Shown piece after piece: positions 58,719-64,000 of a stretch of 64,000 nucleotides of DNA; the stretch's first letter is position 1; each line of letters opens with the position of its first letter. Source of the stretch: an uncultured Planctomycetaceae bacterium (GTDB lineage: Bacteria; Planctomycetota; Planctomycetia; Pirellulales; UBA1268); NCBI GenBank assembly GCA_903885565.1, contig CAISJI010000159.1, positions 10,514 to 74,513 on the forward strand. The letters run 5' to 3'. The notes beneath the pieces are model-generated. The model searched no databases. It worked only from the letters and a program-made list of their open reading frames with translations, and was not told where the DNA came from. The position numbers were made by a program, and so were the translations under genes.

Positions 58719-59807
58719 TCAGCGTTGATAAATCGGCAGCGTGCCCTTGTCCAACTGCAAAATTGTGAGGTTTGACGCAGTCGTGTACACCGGGCCGATG
58801 TATCCCTGCGGCCAAAACAGCCCCTCGCGATCCTCTTGGGCCTCGCTGATGAGCCGTTTGTCGATCTGGTCGCGGTAGCCCGACCACTTCCGGCCCCCCT
58901 CCCGGTACATCACCTGGGCGTAGTAGAAGTGGGCGTAATGCCAGTGGCCGAAACCGTTGTTGGAGATGTTGCCGAGGTGCTTTTCGGCATAGTCGAGCAT
59001 CCGCGGCACATGCGTGTCATCATATTCGCCGGCATTGAAGAGGCAGGCGATCGCGGCGGCAGAAATCGCCGGCCGCCCTCCCCCGCCCTTGGAGCTGTAC
59101 TGCACGCCGCCGTCGGGCATCGTGCACTTGTGGATGTAGGCGATGGCCTTGTCGATGATTTCGCGCGGCACCGGGATGCCGGCATTCCGGCAGCCGCGCA
59201 GCCCCTGCACCTGCGTGATGGTGGTCGAACCCTCGTCGAAATTGTTGCCGTCCTTGGCGCTGACATAGCCCCATCCGCCATCGGCGGTCTGGGCCCGCCC
59301 GGAAAACTCCACCGCCTTCACCAGCACCCGTAGCAGTTCCTCGCGGCGCCGTTCATCCTCCTCTTCGCCGATCACCTGCGAGAGGAAGAGCATGGAAAAG
59401 CCGTGGCCGTAGGTGTAGCGATCGTCTCCCTTGGGATCCCCGATCAGCCCGTTGGCACGCGACCGGCTGACGAGATAATCGACCGCCTGGCGGATCGGCT
59501 CGGCGTAGCGCCCCTGGGTGGTGGTCGACCCTTCCATGAGCATCGCCGTGCCGGCCAGCGCCGTCATCGCCGTGGGATAGCGCCCCTCATTGGCTGCCCA
59601 ACTTCCGCGCCGCGACTGTTTCTGCACCAGCCAATCGAGCCCCCGCGTCACCACCCGATCGAGCTTCTCTTCGGACACTTCCGCCACGGCCTGCCCCGCC
59701 CCCCCGCAGCAGGCCAGTCCAAGCGCCACCAGCCACACCCCCACCTGGAGCATGGCAGCCGGGCGACCGAGCGCAGCATGGGCTGGCGCGGGGAAATTTT
59801 TAGGCAT
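58719..59807 (-). CDS. Secreted prenyltransferase/squalene-oxidase-repeat (alpha/alpha-toroid) protein
   Basis: ATG 59807. Signal [21 protein letters not shown]. Repeated toroid motifs include [14 protein letters not shown]-like, [15 protein letters not shown] and [18 protein letters not shown]. Confidence 0.7.
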   Translation of the reverse strand: MPKNFPAPAHAALGRPAAMLQVGVWLVALGLACCGGAGQAVAEVSEEKLDRVVTRGLDWLVQKQSRRGSWAANEGRYPTAMTALAGTAMLMEGSTTTQGRYAEPIRQAVDYLVSRSRANGLIGDPKGDDRYTYGHGFSMLFLSQVIGEEEDERRREELLRVLVKAVEFSGRAQTADGGWGYVSAKDGNNFDEGSTTITQVQGLRGCRNAGIPVPREIIDKAIAYIHKCTMPDGGVQYSSKGGGGRPAISAAAIACLFNAGEYDDTHVPRMLDYAEKHLGNISNNGFGHWHYAHFYYAQVMYREGGRKWSGYRDQIDKRLISEAQEDREGLFWPQGYIGPVYTTASNLTILQLDKGTLPIYQR

Positions 59808-59841
59808 GAAAAACCGCCTCTGGGAGCCGATGAGAATGAGA

Positions 59842-62800
59842 CTAAAACGGCAGTGAAAACTGCAGCGTTTTTTCCAACCAGTATTCCAACTCAGACAGAA
59901 TATCCCGCGTGACCGGCAGCCGGCCGGCAGCTTGAAACGGCGGGCTCGGCGCCATCGGGCGCCCCGTGAACTCGAGCACGATATCAGACACCTCGCTGCC
60001 ACCGCGCCGCAGCGTAATCGTATGCGCCCCGGGATCGCCTGTCATATCGCAGCCGAAGAGCATGTGCGGTTGGGCATTGATCTTGTCGTCGAGACAAACG
60101 GCATGTCCGGTCCGTTTGTCGAGCGCCAGCACGCTCAGGCGGGGCCGATCGCCGCCCCGCGCGGGCTGAATCTGGCGGGCAAAGAGCAGCACCGGCAGTT
60201 CTGCCGCCTGCGGCACGTGGAGGCAGTGGCGCAGCAGCGTGGCCGGCACAGGCCAGAGCATGTCGCCTGAGTCGCGTCCCACCGCCCAGAGCGAACCGCT
60301 TACCGGCTGGTTGTCGCGCGACGATGCCTGTTGCGGCAGCGTGGTGATCATGCCGACTTTCTCCAGCATTTTCCGCTCCTCCGGGGTCTCCTGCCGACCC
60401 ACAAAAACCAGAAATCGGTCCTGCCAGGGAATCACCCGCAGCTGCTCGAGCCCCTTGGGCATCTCCGGCAGCACCACCTGAAACCGCACAGCCTGCGCCT
60501 CCAGATCGACCACTGTGAATGCCCCCGCGGGATCGACAACCGCAAGATGGCCGGGGCCAGCGGGCGCCACGCGCGAGAGTGGACCGTAGGTTCCCAGCGG
60601 TGTCTTGGTGAGCGTGACCGGATCGAACAGTTCCAACTGAACATTCTGCGGCGTGGCGGCACCGGGCTCCCCGGGCGTTGCCACCGGCGGTACGATCGCC
60701 ACCATGCGTCGGCCGCTGGTGAGAACGCGCAGTTCGCGGCGCGGCACATCGCAGGTGCGCACCAGCCGCCCATCGGCCATAGAAACCACAACGGCCCCCC
60801 GGCCATCAGCCGGACAGACACACACATAGTCGTCGTCGGCGATCACCTCGCCCGAGGCGGGCAGACGCTGACGTTCCCACCGCACAGCACCGCTCACAGG
60901 ATCGTGCAATGCGAGCGAAGAATGCACCAGCACCGGCACACCCGTGGCCCGCAGCTGCCCCCCCTGCACCGCCATGATCGGCACCATCTCCTCTGTCCCT
61001 CCCTGAACCCCAATCCGCATTCCCAGCGGCACATTTCCGATTCGCCCGGCCCGCCCGGCGGCGAAGCGTCCCATTCCCGCCGCGGGCATCTCCATCGCCC
61101 CGCCGGCAGCGTCAGAGAGCATCCAGAGCCGCCGATTGCGTCCGCCCCCCTGACCGGTCAGCTCGAAGGCGGCCAGCAGCGGGCCCGACCGCACCACCAC
61201 CACGCGTCCCACTGCCGAGGCCTCGGTCGCCATCGGCTGGAACATCGGCACCAATCCTTCCAGGCGGCCTCCCCCTTCAAATCCAAACGGATCGCCGATG
61301 CGTCGACCGTAGCCATCGGTGGCCACCAATCCCGGCTGCTGCATGTCGTAGGCCAACCGCAGGCCCGGGAAGAATGAGGTGCCGTGATCATCCACGGCGA
61401 TCGACATCATCCGCGCCTGCCGCACCGCCTCTTCCGAAGCCCGCACGTCACCGCTCCGCTGTTCCACCACCTGGCCAAACGGCCACGCCGCTGCCGTTTC
61501 GCGCCACGCCGCCGGGTCAACCGCCGCCACCGAACCCTCGGCCGCTGCCAGCTGGGCAAACTCGCGACGCAGCTCCAGATCGCGCGCCGCATCGCTGCCC
61601 GGCTCGGTCGCCGCCAGCAGCGCAGCGGAGGCCTCGATGAGCCCTTGCCGCGCCGCCCCTGCCGCCGGATGCCAGGCAAATCGCTGCAGAAAGGCGTCCC
61701 ACCGCACCACCTGCGCCGCCCGGTCGGAGAGAGCTTGAGTCGCCGCGAGTGACTGCTCCACCGCACGGTCGATTTCTGCCCGTAGCCCCGCCGGAGCAGA
61801 GGTCCACAGCGTCAGCAACCGCCCCTGCATCCAGCGGTCTTCCGTCACGGCCACCAGCGGATCGGAGGGATCTTCCCAGAGGGGTGCCGGGGACGGCGCC
61901 ACAGCGGCAGGCATCTGGTCGAAGTGGTCGAGCTGGTGGCGGCAGACCTCCCACGCCTCAGGGAAGGCGCCGGCTTTCATGGAGCCATCCACGGCCACTC
62001 GCAGCATCGCCTTGCGAGTTGGATCGACCCCCTCCGACCAGACCAACGGGCCAGCCGGTTGGGGCGTGAAAAAAACCTCCCGCCACAGTGGCGCAGCGGC
62101 GGCGAAATCGCGTTGCATCCCGCAGAGCATCGCCTGAGCCATCACATCCGCCGGCACGCTCGCCGGATCGGCGGCATGTGCTGCCCGGATATGCGCCAGG
62201 CCATTGGCCACGTCACCCCGATCGAGTTCCATCTGCCCCAGCCAGAAGAGGCCCCAGGCATCGGGCGCCACGCGCTTTGCTGTTTCGATGCGTTCCTTGA
62301 GGCTATCGGTCTGGTGAAACACATCGAGCGACTCCACTCCCTGCGACACCACCTCCCCTCGATAGGCCAGCAGATTGCCCGCCACAGCGCCCCCCCGGGC
62401 AGCCGACCGCCCGGCGATCAAGCCACTCCGCAGATCGACTTCGATCACCTCGGGGGTGTCCAGCGGCAGGAACAACCTCTCGGCGGTGACAATGCCGCGT
62501 CCGCTCGGCCGGGCACCTTCCAGATCGAGCGGTTGGTCCCATTGGCTGCGGCCATTCTCGAGACTGAGGCTCTCAACACTCGAGCGTCCCACCACCACCA
62601 CACTCCCCTCCCGCACTCCGGCGACATAGAGAGATTCTTTGCGCGGCACCTTCCAGGCCACAGCACCAGAACGCAGATCGAGGCAGTGCAGTTCATCTGA
62701 TTCGCGTGGCGTGAGAATGGCCCGGCCACCGGCGAGGATCACGGCGGAATCCCGCCAACCGCTGGCCGGCTGGGCAGCCCCGCCGAGCAACTGGCCATTG

Positions 62801-64000
62801 ATAATGATCCTGCCCCCCATCCCTCCCCCAAGCATGTTGCCGCGCCGCACCAGCACGCCATTGGGAAGCAGCACAGCATCGCTCTCGCCCGGCTGGGGAT
62901 AGTTGTAAGCCCATAGCAGCGTTCGGGTTGCCAGATCGACCGACACCACAGTTCCGGCGCCTGTGGGGCAGACGAGCACCCCGTCGGCAAACGAAGGGGA
63001 GAGTCCGGCCAAGCGGCGTCTCTGGCCATCGCGGTTGTCGATCGCCCGTTCTTCGTCAAGTTCGGCCAAGGGCTGCGTCCAGAGCAGGGCCCCGGTGGCG
63101 GCGGTCAAGACATCCAACCGCACCTCTCCCCGTTCCTCCACCAACACAAACAGTTGATCGCCGATCGGCAGCGGGGCACCGAGAAACCAGCCCCCCCCCG
63201 TTACCGGCTCGGGAGCCCGCCCCCCCTCGGCTGGCTTTGCCGGCGCATCGGTCGCGGGTGCAGGCAACCGCCAGCGGAGCGTTCCTTTCTCGGCAACGTC
63301 GTAAGCGGAGAGCACGTTGCTGGTTCGGCCCGCTGCGGGCAACCCGCGGAGGCCGCGCCGGATGCCGTTGCCGCCATCGGCCAGCGAACCGGACAATTCC
63401 GCCGGATCGCTCTCCACGGCAAACACGAGCCTCCCATCGCTGGAGAGCATGCCGCTGGTGGCGTCATCGAACACACCGCGCAGCGCTCCCGCGCCGCTCG
63501 GTTCGCGGCCTTCCATATCGTCGCCATTCCCCTCCAGCGCATCGACAAACGATGCCGCCGCTCCTCCCGTCTGGAGCCAGACGCGCTTGCCCGTTTCAAA
63601 GTCGATCGCCAGCAGGCCCATCGGGGAATGCACCAGAATCGATCCTCCCACCGCCAGCGGACTGCCAGCTGGCAAGAGCGGCATCTCCCGATCCGCAAAC
63701 TGCTTCCGCCGCTTTTCCAGCAACCGCGCCTCCTCGGGATGCCGGGTGAGCGGCACGCGGTAGCGGGGCACCAGGAGCGGCCGTGTTGATGCGACCAAGG
63801 CGTTGCGGGCCGCATCGCCACGCGGCAGCAGCCATTCCCCATTGCGGCGGCCTTGCGCGCCTGCCGGCTCCCCGGCGATCCCTGCCAGCCAGGCGGCGGC
63901 CCCACCCGGAGCATAGGAAAGGCCAACATCCTTGCCCCCGAGCCGCACCTGTCCGCCCCGGCCGGCACGCACCCGATCGAGCGCTGCCATCGCGGCCTCG
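59842..64000 (-). CDS. Giant PQQ-like beta-propeller repeat protein (over 1380 aa); the N-terminus runs off the window
   Basis: The frame stays open to nt 64000, and there is no signal peptide at the first in-window Met (63990). Many propeller blade motifs are present (GKRVWLQ, GALLWTQ, RTLLWAY, GAVAWKV, GRSQWDQ, GAVRWER, GDMLWPV). TAG 59842-59844. Confidence 0.7.
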   Translation of the reverse strand, partial: EAAMAALDRVRAGRGGQVRLGGKDVGLSYAPGGAAAWLAGIAGEPAGAQGRRNGEWLLPRGDAARNALVASTRPLLVPRYRVPLTRHPEEARLLEKRRKQFADREMPLLPAGSPLAVGGSILVHSPMGLLAIDFETGKRVWLQTGGAAASFVDALEGNGDDMEGREPSGAGALRGVFDDATSGMLSSDGRLVFAVESDPAELSGSLADGGNGIRRGLRGLPAAGRTSNVLSAYDVAEKGTLRWRLPAPATDAPAKPAEGGRAPEPVTGGGWFLGAPLPIGDQLFVLVEERGEVRLDVLTAATGALLWTQPLAELDEERAIDNRDGQRRRLAGLSPSFADGVLVCPTGAGTVVSVDLATRTLLWAYNYPQPGESDAVLLPNGVLVRRGNMLGGGMGGRIIINGQLLGGAAQPASGWRDSAVILAGGRAILTPRESDELHCLDLRSGAVAWKVPRKESLYVAGVREGSVVVVGRSSVESLSLENGRSQWDQPLDLEGARPSGRGIVTAERLFLPLDTPEVIEVDLRSGLIAGRSAARGGAVAGNLLAYRGEVVSQGVESLDVFHQTDSLKERIETAKRVAPDAWGLFWLGQMELDRGDVANGLAHIRAAHAADPASVPADVMAQAMLCGMQRDFAAAAPLWREVFFTPQPAGPLVWSEGVDPTRKAMLRVAVDGSMKAGAFPEAWEVCRHQLDHFDQMPAAVAPSPAPLWEDPSDPLVAVTEDRWMQGRLLTLWTSAPAGLRAEIDRAVEQSLAATQALSDRAAQVVRWDAFLQRFAWHPAAGAARQGLIEASAALLAATEPGSDAARDLELRREFAQLAAAEGSVAAVDPAAWRETAAAWPFGQVVEQRSGDVRASEEAVRQARMMSIAVDDHGTSFFPGLRLAYDMQQPGLVATDGYGRRIGDPFGFEGGGRLEGLVPMFQPMATEASAVGRVVVVRSGPLLAAFELTGQGGGRNRRLWMLSDAAGGAMEMPAAGMGRFAAGRAGRIGNVPLGMRIGVQGGTEEMVPIMAVQGGQLRATGVPVLVHSSLALHDPVSGAVRWERQRLPASGEVIADDDYVCVCPADGRGAVVVSMADGRLVRTCDVPRRELRVLTSGRRMVAIVPPVATPGEPGAATPQNVQLELFDPVTLTKTPLGTYGPLSRVAPAGPGHLAVVDPAGAFTVVDLEAQAVRFQVVLPEMPKGLEQLRVIPWQDRFLVFVGRQETPEERKMLEKVGMITTLPQQASSRDNQPVSGSLWAVGRDSGDMLWPVPATLLRHCLHVPQAAELPVLLFARQIQPARGGDRPRLSVLALDKRTGHAVCLDDKINAQPHMLFGCDMTGDPGAHTITLRRGGSEVSDIVLEFTGRPMAPSPPFQAAGRLPVTRDILSELEYWLEKTLQFSLPF

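Overview
Visibly GC-rich bacterial chromosomal DNA (G+C not computed). The gene content suggests Planctomycetota, which is an inference: DUF1080, giant PQQ-like propeller proteins, a secreted prenyltransferase-like toroid protein, a BBP7-like barrel and a MoxR/DUF58/BatA-N cluster. I found no rRNA, tRNA, CRISPR array, transposase or integrase. All family calls come from motifs read in the supplied translations, with no database search. Start codons were re-derived by hand, because many track ORFs carry spurious N-terminal extensions and the track translates GTG/TTG starts as M.

Layout:
- 1-12.8 kb: a 5'-truncated FAAL-ACP-alpha-oxoamine synthase fusion plus a thioesterase, an outer-membrane barrel with a (GGTT)n tract, TraB/GumN, a sugar isomerase, a PQQ propeller, arfB, a UVR-domain protein and ppk2.
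- 13-26 kb: a 963-aa Pro/Ala-rich secreted protein, bioB, leuCD with two extra coupled ORFs, DUF1080, an exported Pcm fusion, an FKBP PPIase and an orphan AAA+ ATPase.
- 26-34.6 kb: one minus-strand string of RND adaptor, CusA/CzcA-type pump, MazG-like protein, 764-aa GldG-like membrane protein and ABC ATPase.
- 34.8-38.7 kb: leuA, then an amt-glnK pair with a near-consensus sigma-54 promoter.
- 39.1 kb to the window end: a ~25 kb run of 14 co-directional genes built on a MoxR-DUF58-VWA (Bat-like) core. A giant propeller and an alpha/alpha-toroid protein sit upstream of the core. Four uncharacterised envelope proteins, an HtrA triplet (one intact catalytic triad, two degenerate) and an RluA-family synthase sit downstream.

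This last cluster is my best candidate for an undescribed system. Nine gene junctions in the window are 4-nt ATGA/GTGA overlaps.
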